Shown: positions 1-11,973 of the stretch, one piece after another
Position numbering within the stretch: the first letter of the stretch is position 1
How the letters are laid out: each line of letters starts with the position of its first letter
Assembly: GCF_000315625.1 (NCBI RefSeq)
Contig: NW_005434547.1
Span: 86,140 to 150,139 of the forward strand
Direction of reading: 5' to 3'
Length of the DNA stretch: 64,000 nucleotides
From: Guillardia theta CCMP2712
Taxonomy: Eukaryota; Protista; Cryptophyta
Made by a program: the position numbers and the translations under genes
The notes under the pieces: model-generated
Seen by the model: only the letters and a program-made list of their open reading frames with translations
Databases searched by the model: none
Told to the model about the DNA's origin: nothing

Positions 1-159
1 GGACATCAAGAGAAAGAGGAAACGGGCAGAGGAAAGAGCAAGAGAAGGCGAGCAAGAGAAGGAGCAAGAAGGAGGTGGTGGAGGAGGAGGAGGCAGAGGA
101 GGAGGAGGAGGGGGAGGGGGAGGAGGAGGAGGGGGAGGGGGAGGAGGAGATAAAGGTAC

Positions 160-2780
160 CTCGACAAATGCTCCTTTCGAAAGCCAATCCTCGTGCCCCT
201 GTCGTACGGCTTTCAGGTTGAGAAGAGGAACAACTAGAACATGAAAGGGAACAGAATGAAGAGAAACGATATTGAGAGATGCAATTCGAGCTCCCGATAC
301 ACAGAGAGGAGGAAGAAGCAGAAGCAAAAGAAGGAGCAGGAGGAAGGGGTGGAGGTAGTGGTGATGGTGGTCGTGTTGGAGCGGGAGGAGGAGGAGCGGG
401 AGGAGGAGGAGCGTGAGGAGGACGATGACGATGACGAGTGCTTCATTTTCGTCTCACCTTTTTCAACTCCTCTCCAGGAGGAGAAGGTTCGCGAGCCCCT
501 GAAGCAGGACAGACATTAAAAGAAAAGAGGAAAATAATCTAAGAAAGGGAAAGAACAAAGCAATAGAGAAGATAAAAGCAAAATGTTGGTGACATGAAGT
601 TGGCAATGATGCTGACAGCAGGAGCAGGAGAAAGAGCAAGAGCAAGAGCAAGAGCAGCAGGACCAGGAGCAAGAGCATCATCATGATCATGATCATCATC
701 ATCATCATCAGGAGGAGGAGGAGGAGGAGGAGGAGGAGGATGAGGAGGAGGAGGATGAGGAGGAGGAGGTCACCAGACTGTGCCGTCTTCCCCTTCTTGT
801 CCTTCTTCGGCTTCTTCGGCGCTCCCTCCTCACTTTTCCCTTTCTTTCCTCCTCCCTTGCCACTGCCCGGGCCCTGCTGGGCTGGCGTCGCTCCGCCTGC
901 CTCCCCCACCCCTCCTGTTTGTGCGACCCCTGCCGTCGTCACTTGAACAGTTGGAGCTGGTTGCTCAGCTTGAACTTTCGGTGCTCGGGACCTCAGTGTT
1001 GGTTTCGAGATCTCCTCTTCCTCTTCCTCTTCCTCCTCCTCGTTCTTCTTGACCTGCGCGGACAAGCATAAGAAGTAAGAGGGAGGGAGGGAGGGAGGGA
1101 GGGATGAAAGAGATTACAATCTAGCTACAACGCATGAGGAGAGATGGAAAGGAGGAAGCGAGGAGAGCAAGAGAGCAGAGCAAAGAGGAGGTGAGCCGAA
1201 GACAAACGAGGAGAGTGAAGGAGCAGAGAGCAGGGAAGTGCAGACGAGACTTCGATCCTCCTCACCTCCGATGCCGGGGAGCCAACAGAATGCTCAGCCA
1301 GCTCTCCTGCACGTCGAGCATTCAGCAACCCTCATTCTTCTCTTCTCGATCTCTTCCCAGAACCTCGCATTGCCTCAACTTCTCATCCATTCCCTGCCCT
1401 GCCCTGCCCTGCCCTGCCCTGCCCTGCCCTGCCCTGCCCTGCCCTGTCCCCTCTCCTTCCCTTCCCGCCTCCCCTTGGCAACCTCTTCCTCCATCTCCTC
1501 TCACCTTTGAGGAAACCAGGCGGCAGATCCTCCACGAGAGAACGGGCCTCTCCCTTCTTCTGCTTCATCGCTCCTTCCTTCTTCTCCGCTGACTTCTTCT
1601 CCTTCTTCCCGCTCGCGCTCTCTCCCGTGCCGCTCTTATCCGCATCCCCAGCAGCTGCTGCTGCCGATGCTGCTCCTGCTCCTGCTACTGGTGTTGCTGC
1701 TGCTGCTGGTGTTGCTGCTCCGCCTCCTGGGCCTCCCACCCCTCCCGCTCCTCCTCCTCCTCCCTCGCTAGTCTCAACCGGAGAATCCACAGGCATCGGG
1801 GTCGTTGCCTTGCTCGACCCCCTCGAGTTGTTTCTTGAGGCGGGCTCGTTCTTCTCTGGAGCCCTCGCGTCCTCCTGCTCCTCCGCCTCGTCGACCTTGA
1901 GTCTCAGCGTCTTGTTGGGGCCAGCGCGAGTCGCCTCCTCCTTGTGCTTCCTGGACGCGCCGTCAGACGGAGAGTCAAAAACAGGGAGGGAGGGGGAGGA
2001 GAGGGAGGGAGGGATAAGGAAAAGGCAGGTAAGAAGGAACAGCAGGCAAGAAGGAACAGCAGGCAAGAAGGAACAGCAGGGAAGCTTACTTGTCATGGTT
2101 CGTCGTCGGGTCTTTCTTTGACGACTTGGTTGTGTTTTCATCGTTGTCATTCGAGGGCCTGGGGGTTTGCTTCCCTTCGTGCTTGGTTGGCTCGGCGCTG
2201 CCTGCCTTCCTCGACGGCGTTGACTCTCCAGTCTCGATCTGCCACAGCAAGTCAGCTGGGCCAGACAGGCCGTCCTCTGATACTTTCTTCTCCTCCTTCT
2301 CTGACGTGACTTTGACCGACTTTGCTGACTTGGTGCTGCTTTCCGCAGGCTCCGACTTCGGAGCGACGTCTTCGGTCTAGAAGCAAGATCAACGTACTCA
2401 CTTCAAGCTCTAAGTGCGCGCCAATATCACCTTCTGCTTCTTATCTGGCTCTTCCGAATTCTCTTCCGCGTCATTCGCATTCCTAGGCATAGTCAACGAC
2501 TCCGGCAGAGGACCAGCAGCGCCGATCTCACTTTCTTTTCAGCTTGCGTTCCTTGTCTGTGCTCGGTGAGTCGAAGCCAGAGTTCTCCTGCCTGTCGTGC
2601 GCAGCATCAGAAGCCTGACAGGCCCCTGACCGCCTCCTATTGCACCTCCTCCTCTTCTTGTCAGAGAGCTCTCCCCCACCAGGCGTCCCTTGATCGGTGG
2701 AAACGCTCAATGCTGCAGGCCCCCCAGCCTCTCCTCCGCGTCTCCTCCTCACGCCTGAGTCCCACTGCATATCATGCTGT
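160..2780 (-). CDS. Multi-exon low-complexity Lys/Glu/Gly-rich hypothetical protein, probably continuing past the window start
   Basis: Exon-like minus-strand segments (DGASRKHKEEATRAGPNKTLRLKV..., EISKPTLRSRAPKVQ...KKPKKDKKGK) separated by GT-AG microsatellite introns; no domain recognised; boundaries approximate. Confidence 0.55.
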
Positions 2781-5700
2781 CATGACCTGCTCCTGATATC
2801 ACGTGGAGACACCTCTGCAAGCGCCGCAGCCAGTGCAGCGTCGTTGGCCGTCGGGTCCTGCGAAGATGCACTTACATTCATTCATCGAGTAGAGGCTGAA
2901 GATGTCTTGGAGAATGATGATCTTTCACCAAGACAAGAAAGCTGGTGCATGACACGAATGGTGTGCAATGAGAATCAAAGATTTGATGAAACAACATGTG
3001 ACACATCGCAACTATCATACTATGCAAGAAGGCTACAAGCATGGTGATACAAAGAGAGGATGGTTCCAGACGACTGTGCTTACCGAGTCCTTTGTCTTCA
3101 TCGAGAAGTGCCGGTGATGATTACTTTCATATACAAACTTGCCGCTTTCACTCTGAAATGTGACTAGTCAGGCATAGTAAAAACCCAAATGTAGCCAATG
3201 CGCGACATTGCGGGTCGCCAATAAAACGAGGAGACACGAAATGAAGCAGATAGTCAAAACACGAGAACACGCGGGGGTCAGATCGATACGAATCGATTCT
3301 ATGTTGAATGTTCTAACCCTCGATTGCCGCATTTTGATAATGCCGTTTTCTCTCTTGGATACTCTTGGCATTGACTCAGCATCTTCTTTTATCTCTACAA
3401 ACTCTCATATTCATTCCTCGCTGAGCCATTTTGGCTTCCCCCGCCCTTCCGCACTCCCCACCAACTCTATTCCTACTCTTGCTTCTTTCCTCCCTCCTAG
3501 TCCTGCTCCTTGACCTTCTCCTGCTCCTCAGACTCATGCCCATCCTCATCATGCAGGAATGCAGACGTCTTCTTGTTTCTGCACTTTCACATCCTGTGTT
3601 GTTATCGTCGCAGTCTTCACGCCATTGTCATATCATCCTTCTCCTTCTATCGTTTGGCCCATTTCGCCATTGCCGCGCATCCAACGGTGTACCCACCCCC
3701 TTATCGGTCCCATAACCCCACCGCAGTACTGATGTACCCCTATGGAGATATCACCTCATGTTTACACTACCCTTCATTATTTTTGGTATTTGAATTTAAG
3801 GCTCATGGTACAGCAATTCAATATTTGATACATCAATAAATTTGCATGACCTTCACACCATGCAGTTTTAGTACCCCCCACCATTGTTTACCAAAACATT
3901 TTCAGATTGACTACCCCCGCTCAATCATTTCACCACCCACCAAGTTTTCCATCTACCTGGTTAAGAATGAGAAGCAGGAGCGAAGGGAGGAAGTGGCGGT
4001 GGCGGTGGCGGTGGCGGTGGAAGAGTAGGAGAGGAGGAGGAGGAGGAGGAGGAGCAGCAGCAGCAGCAGCAAGAGGAGGAGAGGAGCAGGAGCAGCAAGA
4101 GTAAGAACAAAAGTAGCAGGGACAGGGCAGCAAGAGCAAGAGCAAGAGCAAGAGCAACAGAAACGGGGCCGGTGGCGGCGGCGGTGGTGGCGGCAGCTGC
4201 AGCTGCAGCAGCTGCTGCAGGCAGAAGTAAGAGCAAGAGCATCAGCAGGATGAGATTGAACGATAACCATGAAGTCGATGGCGGGGATGCGTCGATGGTG
4301 ATTTTGATCATTTCAATCTTATCCAATTCAATGTTGTTATTCCATGACACGACAGATGCTCGTGGATTTTGACGATGATGAAAACAAAGATTCCTATGGT
4401 TTGGGGGAGTCAGGCCGAGATAAGTGTCGAACGTTAGCTGGAGGAAGGGCAGTTGAAACTTTGAAGACAAGAAAATGAAACGATCGATCATAAAGAGGAG
4501 CTGGAAAACACGGCATAAGGACCCTTGTCCTTGTGATTACCTACTGATTGTGAGTGATGATGATGACTATAATCGTGGTCGTGATGATCGAGGTGCTCGT
4601 GTTGGTGTTGATGATGCCGTGGTTGTAAATGACCATCGTCATGTTGATAGGTTTGGTGATCATCATAGAGATGATAATGATCTATGGTTATGATGATAGT
4701 GCGGAAGATGAGAGGGACGAGAGTAGCGGCAGCGGCAGCAGTAGCAGCAGCAATGTTACAAAGCAAGAGCAAGGGGCAGGAGCAGGAGCAGTGATAGAGC
4801 CAGGGGCAACGGGCAGGAGCAGGGGAAGGTGGAGTAGGGATGATTTAGGCCACAAGCAGAAGGAAGACAGTTACAATCTAGAAGATGACGAGGAGGAACA
4901 TTGTGGCAATAATGGTGGTTGGTTTTAAATCTACAATGACTATCGTGCGGACTACTTTGACATGAAGCATGAGCATGACAAGCGACCAAACTAACTTGTG
5001 ATGAAAGCGTAATGATATGCATCTGCTCAATAAAGCTGTCGTTATTCGAAAAGCAAGAATTCGTATTTGGTCAGATTGATTGTGTACTCACTTACAAAGT
5101 CTAGTTAATGATCATTGGATCATTTATATGAACACCTCGACCATGCTACGAAGGAAGAGATGAAACGCAAATATAGCGGCGAATGGGTGTATATATTGCT
5201 GCACTTGCAGAGAGTCGGAAACATGCTACGATATTGCAATGCTAAGACTCGAACTATGTCTCTATGTCTCTGTTGGGAGCTCTGCAGCTTGAAATTGATG
5301 TACCGATGATGTCACCAACCTCGCGTCGGGCCTCCTTGCAGAAATCCAGTCAGATCACGTGTAACGAAGACAATCATGGCATCATTACAGCATCCTTGAT
5401 GCCAGCTTCTTCGACACTTACCCGTATGCATGCAGGTCTATCAACATAAGAATGAATTTGTCTGCATTCAAGGTGATGCTTGATGCCTGGGTTCTCATGT
5501 GTTATACAAGTAGCTTGTGCTCTAGTCGGTGCTCTTCTCGCTACTCTTCTCAGTCATTTCCTAGCATGGCTCCTTACTCCCTGATTTCTCCGGCATTCCA
5601 TCACCCCCCCTTCCAAGCGAGACCATTGTGCGAAACGAACTTTGAGGCTTTCATGTGAACCTTTATTATTACATGTGCATTGCTCGAGCTAAACTTGCTC

Positions 5701-6290
5701 TGACTCCGTTCACTTGAGCCCGAAGATACGGGAGTAGAAGAGCTTGCGAGAGGAGAGCTGGACCTGGCATGGGTCATTGAGCTCCTTGTTTGCGCGATCA
5801 GCCAGAGCTGCCTGGATGGGCACTTGGTAAACCTCCCGCCTTGCATCGTCCTTTGCATGAGCGAAGGAAGGGAACGAGAAGGCATCGGTGCTGGTTCGGT
5901 CTTGCATGGTGTAGGTCATCGGAGGATGCAGATTGTTGGAGCTGTTGTGAGTGGACGTCTGAAGGAACGTGGAGAGCGGGGGAAGGGAGCGAAGTTGATG
6001 GGGTGACGGTGCAACAAGCAGTGGCGCCCTTTTATAGCGAGTAGCAGGGAAATCGGAACGACGCGATCTCACATCGTATCGTCCAGAACTGGTTCTTTGC
6101 TTCGATGGGCCCTGAAACGGACTCCTTTGACACAGGAGGCAAAAAAAAGGAGCTCGAAAAGGAGTTATTTCAGTGCCCCAGGCGCCCAGCCGCAGTACAC
6201 AAAAAAAACCTTCAAAATAGGACTGGTCTGTTCGCCGTGGCACCCCGAAGGCCAACTTGGCAAGTTATCAACTTCAAAACTGTACTATGA

Positions 6291-6631
6291 TGGGCCCGCC
6301 CGCTGCGGCCGGCGGCCGTACTACCCCATCCCGACTCCGAGGCTCCGAGGCCACCGTGACACCGTGTGAGTCGTCCGAAAGGCCGCGCCCTGGCAACGGT
6401 TTGACTCTCCGTCCTGATTGTCCTCGTACTGATTTTTAACTGAACTTTGAGTAAAAAGTTGGAGTTGAACTTCAAGCGCGCCGGGCCTTTCGGAACAACG
6501 GTTGCCAGTGCCTGTGCGGCAGTGCCGCCGCGCACAGCGGCACTGAGGCTGCCCGCCGCGCCGGCGGGCGCGCCCGGCCCCCGGTCACCCGGCACTGAGT
6601 GGCCTTCCGAAGTTCAGTGGGCGGCGGGGCC
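6291..6631. repeat. GC-rich palindrome-dense island 1, containing the conserved 35-mer at 6421-6455
   Basis: CCGG/GGCC/GTCAC/GACTC words; TTCCGAAGTTC at ~6604. Confidence 0.7.
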
Positions 6632-9035
6632 AGCGACGGCAACCGAGTCGGCTTCCGTACTCGATAAGCTGACGACCTTCTGCAATTTGCTGGGGTTTGT
6701 ACAGCGTGACCCAACGATCATTCTCGTTGATAACGCAGCGGTCATCCATCTGCTGAGGGACCGTCGCGCATTTTCGAAGCTTAAGCATATTGCAATTCGA
6801 CATCGGTTCACTCTTCAGATGGTGGATGAAAACGAAATCATCGCTGTGAAGATTGCTACTACATACAACCCTGCGGACATTCTCACCAAGATCTGCCCAG
6901 TCTCCAAAATTCGTCAGCTAGCATCGTTCTTGTTCGGCAACGACATGTCTCAGGTCTCCGTTTGACCATCATTACGCCGCTGCTTCATGCAAGACCTTGT
7001 CAAGCTAGCCAAGCTCCCTGTACCTCGTCAGGGAGGGAGATGGACGATGCGAAGTCACAGGGGACCCACTTCAGCCTGAGGTCATCTGTTCGACACCAGA
7101 GACAGTCAGGGAGGGTTCACTAAATGAACAATCAAAATCAGGGAATATCATATCTTTTCACTATCATACCTGAATACTGAACTTCATGACAGGCTGAACC
7201 TCTGAGAACATCTGATGATGACATCAGCATCGAGCCTCGCATCATCCCTATGTCAAGTGACATGGACGAGTCACAGGGATCCCCCAAGCAGAGCCAGGAG
7301 TCGCACAAGATGACGACGAGGCCACAAGACAGCTCTCCCACCATGATGATGAGTGTGGCAAAGAAGCTGAGGGGTGACATGACAGCGAGAAACTTGATCT
7401 CGATGATGGAGGGATCAGTCCTGATCAAAGTCGCTCTGAATGTCAAAAGTGACAAGAGCTGTTTTCAATCCAACCTCAAAGCCTGTACGTGGCCAACAGT
7501 GAGGAGAGGAATTACCTCATGATTCCACTGGTCAAGCACCGCGAAGATTGAAAGCGGCAAGCAGAGCACGGCAGATGAAAGCTTGAAGGTTGGCCAAGTT
7601 GTGAAGACCGAGGAAGGGAGACGTCCCAAAGCCTCATTGCATGCCACGATCTCACGATAGCGATATGATGACACGAACCAACAGGCTACAGCAGAGTTGA
7701 AGAAATGAAAGGCAGCTTGAAGCGCCAAGCCTTCGCAAGACGAAGAAGCAGACGATGAAGACATACCTTCGATCGAAGTTATGAAATGATGCTGCAGAAA
7801 TCAAGGAGGTCCCAAGTCGCCAGGCACATCAGTGCTGATGGGCGCTGAGGAGAACCTTTCAGTACCATGCACAGCCCTACTGCGAAAGTCAAGTCAAGAG
7901 GCTGATCGCTTATGGAAAAAGGAATATCAAGTCTGACTCATGATGAGCAACCATACAGCTTCAAGGCAGACGACCAGAGACCAAGCATGAGCCCACCTTG
8001 CTGTCAAGCAACAGCTCCCGCCTACTCTAGGCAAGGGAGGGAATACTGCGGCGACGACGCGCGAAGAGTCAACCGCAGCAGGTCATTTGAAAGGCATAGT
8101 CAAATTTGACAAGCCTGACACCGTCAATGGAGGCGCGGCAAAGCAACAATGCTGGCATCGGCACACAAGAGCCAAGGGAGGGTGTTGAAGCACCTGATAG
8201 GAGGAAGCTTCACCTCAGACAATGCCAAGCAATCGACGTGGCTCAAGTGCACAGATGCTTAGAGCCTCGGAATGCATCCCCGAGGAGGACAGCAACAGCT
8301 ACAATAAGGACGACGTAGGAGAATCATGAAGAAGACAGCAAGAACCTAGGACTCGTGGATGGCAGCAGGAGATAAGCGAGTCAGCTTATATCAGTCCACG
8401 ACAGGACAGCAGATGACACGGTGGCAGGATATGGCTACGCTCAAGGGGAGATTGGAAGTATCACCCCTGAAGTCATGGACATGGGAGAACAAGGGGTCTG
8501 ATCAAAGAAGACAGTACTATCATGATCATCTTAGCGGAGGACTTACAAGGGATGCACGAGACCCCCCTAGAAGCATGCTCCTACGGAGACACAGGACCTG
8601 TCAAGGTCAAGGGAGCAGCTATATCAACTTCACAGAGAGCATTGGATGAGCCTCCTCGGAGAATCGAAGACCTCGTCATGTCAAGCCTATGACTCTTTCT
8701 CAGGGACTCCCGGAACCCTCCAGGTACGGAACCAGGCCTCGGACCGGTAGAAGAATCATATCGCAGATAAGAAGCGTAGAGTACCGGTAGTGGTAGTTCC
8801 TAGGACCAAGCAGTCCCTATTTTAGGGACCGAGGAAGAGGAAGAAGGGCCGCACGCCGCCGCATTGGCAGGACAGGCCCGGAAAGGAGAACGAGGTGTAT
8901 GGTCTCTGTGAGACTGGATTGCTTGAAGTAAACAAGCTTGACCATCTATACCAATCTCTTATCACCTCCGTTTGTTCTCTGTATCCTGATATCATTCCTG
9001 CGCGGCCATTCGTGATAACTATTACCACTGCTACA
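6632..9035 (+). mobile_element. 5'-truncated Ty1/copia LTR retrotransposon (RNase H end, long 3' region, putative 3' LTR)
   Basis: LGFVQRDPTIILVDNAAVIHL...SKLKHIAIRHRF...NPADILTK (6690-6965) matches the copia RNase H C-terminus; purine tract GGAAAGGAGAACGAGG (8880-8895) is followed by TGTA...TACA (8896-9035). Confidence 0.75.
6690..6965 (+). pseudogene. Copia pol RNase H C-terminal fragment
   Basis: DN, KHI-IR--F and ADILTK motifs. Confidence 0.9.
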
Positions 9036-9392
9036 GAAACTTGCAGTCCGTGACGGCGGTGCTATCCGATCATCGGATCACTCAGTGTCTACTTCGGGTG
9101 TCACTGCTAGTACTGTGACTGTGTCACCGTCTGTGGAGAGAAGGTTACTGGGAACTTCAACACGGCTCAGTCAGCCTAAGCCTTTCACTGCAAGTCACTG
9201 GCCGGGCAGAGTCCGACGGTCACGCCGGGCCCGGCCCGGCGGTCCACTGAGTCAGTGAGAGAAGGTAACGGCTTAGGTAACGGTCGCAATGCAAAAGTGA
9301 GCATGCTTGCTCCCCATGTTCCATGGCAGCTCCCCGCGGCCCAACCGCTGATATAAAGCCGGGGAGAGCAGGAGGCCGGTTCATCCATCGCA

Positions 9393-9936
9393 ATGCTCCG
9401 TCGACTTCTCCTCCTCACGGCTGCGGCCTCCGTGTCCGCATTCCTTGCAGCCCCGGCTCTTCCTCGTGCTCAGGTAGACACCAGCGCTGCTGTGATCATG
9501 ACCCCTCTGCGCGCGTTGGCCCCCGCTTGTCTCATACGAAGGAGAGGGGATATACACGTGGCCTCCTTTTCTCTGTTTGCTCGTGTTTTGCTCCTGCTCC
9601 TCTTCTGCTGCCGCGCATGCATGCCGATGTCGCTGACACCATTCTGTAGTCATTGCGCACCAAGGCAGCGGGCCCTGTTTGCCTCCTCAGCGAAGGGCAG
9701 ATGGCCGTCAGCATTGTTGGCACCAAGAACGATGACCTCACCGTGGTTCAAGGACGCGGCGATATGCGCAGCAAGAAGGGGAAGCGCTTTGCCAAGAGCT
9801 ACGGAAAGGTGATTCTTAGGGCTCAGAAAAGCAGGTCTTGACTCGTTCTCTCCTCCAGTGCCGAACCAAGAGCGGCAAGACCAGCGAGAAGTCCAAAACC
9901 CCATGGGGAGGCGTCCACGGCCAACCAACCTCGTGA
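9393..9936 (+). CDS. PSRP4: Plastid-targeted small ribosomal protein, bTHX/PSRP4 family; exons 9393-9473, 9650-9808, 9859-9936; 105 aa
   Basis: Signal peptide MLRRLLLLTAAASVSA followed by FLAAP; mature part GRGDMRSKKGKRFAKSYGKCRTK resembles the Thx/PSRP4 G[RK]GD-x-x-x-[KR]GK...[FY]G pattern; GT-AG introns keep the frame. Confidence 0.8.
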
Positions 9937-10794
9937 TGTTACTGATGTGTACTTAGAGATTAAGAATGCTGCGATTGAACGGAACAAACCATGTGTTTTA
10001 CTTGTATCCTGGCATCTATGACCAGCTCACAGCAAAATTTTGTTTTGTAAGTGATACAGCTCCAGATGCTCAAATTTCAATGGGCCAGCACTCTTAACAA
10101 TTTGATTGGTTTTGCAAGGTTCAATTAGTCACAATCATCACTGAGAGTTGAACGAGCTCTTGCGTTTGTGGTTGTCTCTTTGCCTTCGCTAAGTAGCGGC
10201 ATGACTTCTTACTGCAACCTTGTTTCAAGTCTTGTCATCCCACTTCCTAACACTTAGAAATCCGCGCGTGAATTTTCTTGCCGCCATGCTCGTAGAGCTG
10301 CTTTCCCATTCTGTTTTTCTTCATCTTGACATCTCTGTTTCTCACTGCATTTTTATGTGCTCGACCTTAGATTCACTTCTCAGGAGCATTGCGCATTCAT
10401 GTATAAGGGCGCGGTGGCTTGCTCACCAGGAGGAAAGGATGGAGTTATTCCAGTTCCCATGTTCTGGGCGTGCACATAGTTGCGCAATACTGTCTTTTCA
10501 CTTGCCCCATATCTTTGACCGTGCTCTATAGCTTAGATTCCTTGTATTCACATATAGCACATATGACACTGGAATGAGTCGATACTACCATCTCAGTTTG
10601 ATCGTCCTCAACAAGTATCGTAAAATCTAACTTGGGGGGATAGCGTCACTCGCACAAGAGGGAGGAGAACATGCATTGTATCATATGATTCTTCATGGCA
10701 TATCATTTCTTGGGCGCCGGGAGACTGAAATGAGAGTCTGAGAAACATTCAACTGTCAGCTTTCAAGTTGTGGAATGAACAAACTCTCCTGTTC

Positions 10795-11270
10795 TCATCT
10801 TATGGGTTCGACTTGTTGGTGCTTGGGAGGACTGAGTTCCTGCTGAGATGATGAGTGATGTGTTTCGCAAATCATGCATGCCTTGCCCGAAAGCGTCCCA
10901 ACATAAGCCGACGACAAGGACTGCGAATACATCAATCCACCCATCTCAACTCGACTGCTCTTGTTGCCTGTGATCGCGGATCCTTGTACCCTGAGAAGCA
11001 GCTGGTGTGATACCTGCCATTCACACTCGTCAGGCAGCACTGCAGCATGCTTCTTGGTCCACCTCAATGACACTCTTGCTCCTCTTCGCTCCGTCAGAGG
11101 GTCTCCCAGCCGATCGAACGGTTGCTTACACTCTCTGCATCTTTCCATGGCAGTCAGGAACTCGCTCCATCAAGTATAAGTGGGATACCGATGACCCAGG
11201 TCAGTCCTCTCCACCTTCCTGTGCACAAAGTCCCAGTACTCAGTCTCATTCCCAGCCCCAATGTTTGTAG
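10795..11270 (-). CDS. Possible multi-exon hypothetical gene with a CxxC motif (RCRECKQPF)
   Basis: Protein-like segment ERCRECKQPFDRLGDPLTERRGARVSLR; gene structure unresolved. Confidence 0.3.
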
Positions 11271-11652
11271 TTTGGTTGGTGTTTGCTTTTGACATCACCG
11301 CGAGGGAGGTTTCTTTTCTGATGTTGACCTATGACTGCACTCTAGCAATCCCGGATGGTCCAGCTAGCTCAAACGATATCCTCCTGCTGATCGCTCTCCC
11401 GCATTCTCCTTCGATCGTCTGCCATTGCGCCTCTCCCTCCCATCAGGCTTCATCGTCACTACTCTGACAACCAGACGTTTCAAAACAAGGAAAACCTTAC
11501 CAGGCTGCCTCACTTCATTTGAAAAGACAGCAAATAAATATCTCAAAAACAAGAAACAAAAATAGCTGCCTTTCAAAGACATCCTACAGAGAACTTGAGG
11601 TGGACTTGGAAGGAGACGGGCGCTGCAATTATTCGGCGCTGTCCCGCTAGCA

Positions 11653-11973
11653 ATGTCGCTGAAGCGCAAGGAGCCCGAGCCGATCAGGCCGCCGACAGGG
11701 CTGACGCCATCGCAGAAGATCGAGGAGCTGAAGAGACAGCACAAGGCGCTCAAGATGAACCTTGAGGTCCTCAACATGATGGGCTCTCAGGCGTTGATGG
11801 TGCTGCGCGCGCCGCCCGATGTTGTGGACGCCAAGGCGGTTCTGGACCGATGCCATGCAGAGCTGCTGGACGTGATCATGGAGAAGAAGATCAATGACAT
11901 CAAGCAGTTTATGCCCGTGGAAGCACGAGATGCCGATACCCCGGAAGAGGAGAACGATTCGGATGAACCATGA
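11653..11973 (+). CDS. Single-exon 106-aa hypothetical protein (helical, acidic tail)
   Basis: Clean ATG-TGA ORF with GC3-rich codon use like the host genes. Confidence 0.7.
   Translation: MSLKRKEPEPIRPPTGLTPSQKIEELKRQHKALKMNLEVLNMMGSQALMVLRAPPDVVDAKAVLDRCHAELLDVIMEKKINDIKQFMPVEARDADTPEEENDSDEP

Noticed and set aside
5200-5920. Possible small minus-strand gene (MTYTMQDRTSTDAFSF...)
   Set aside because: Plausible splicing leads to early stops, and no family was recognised.
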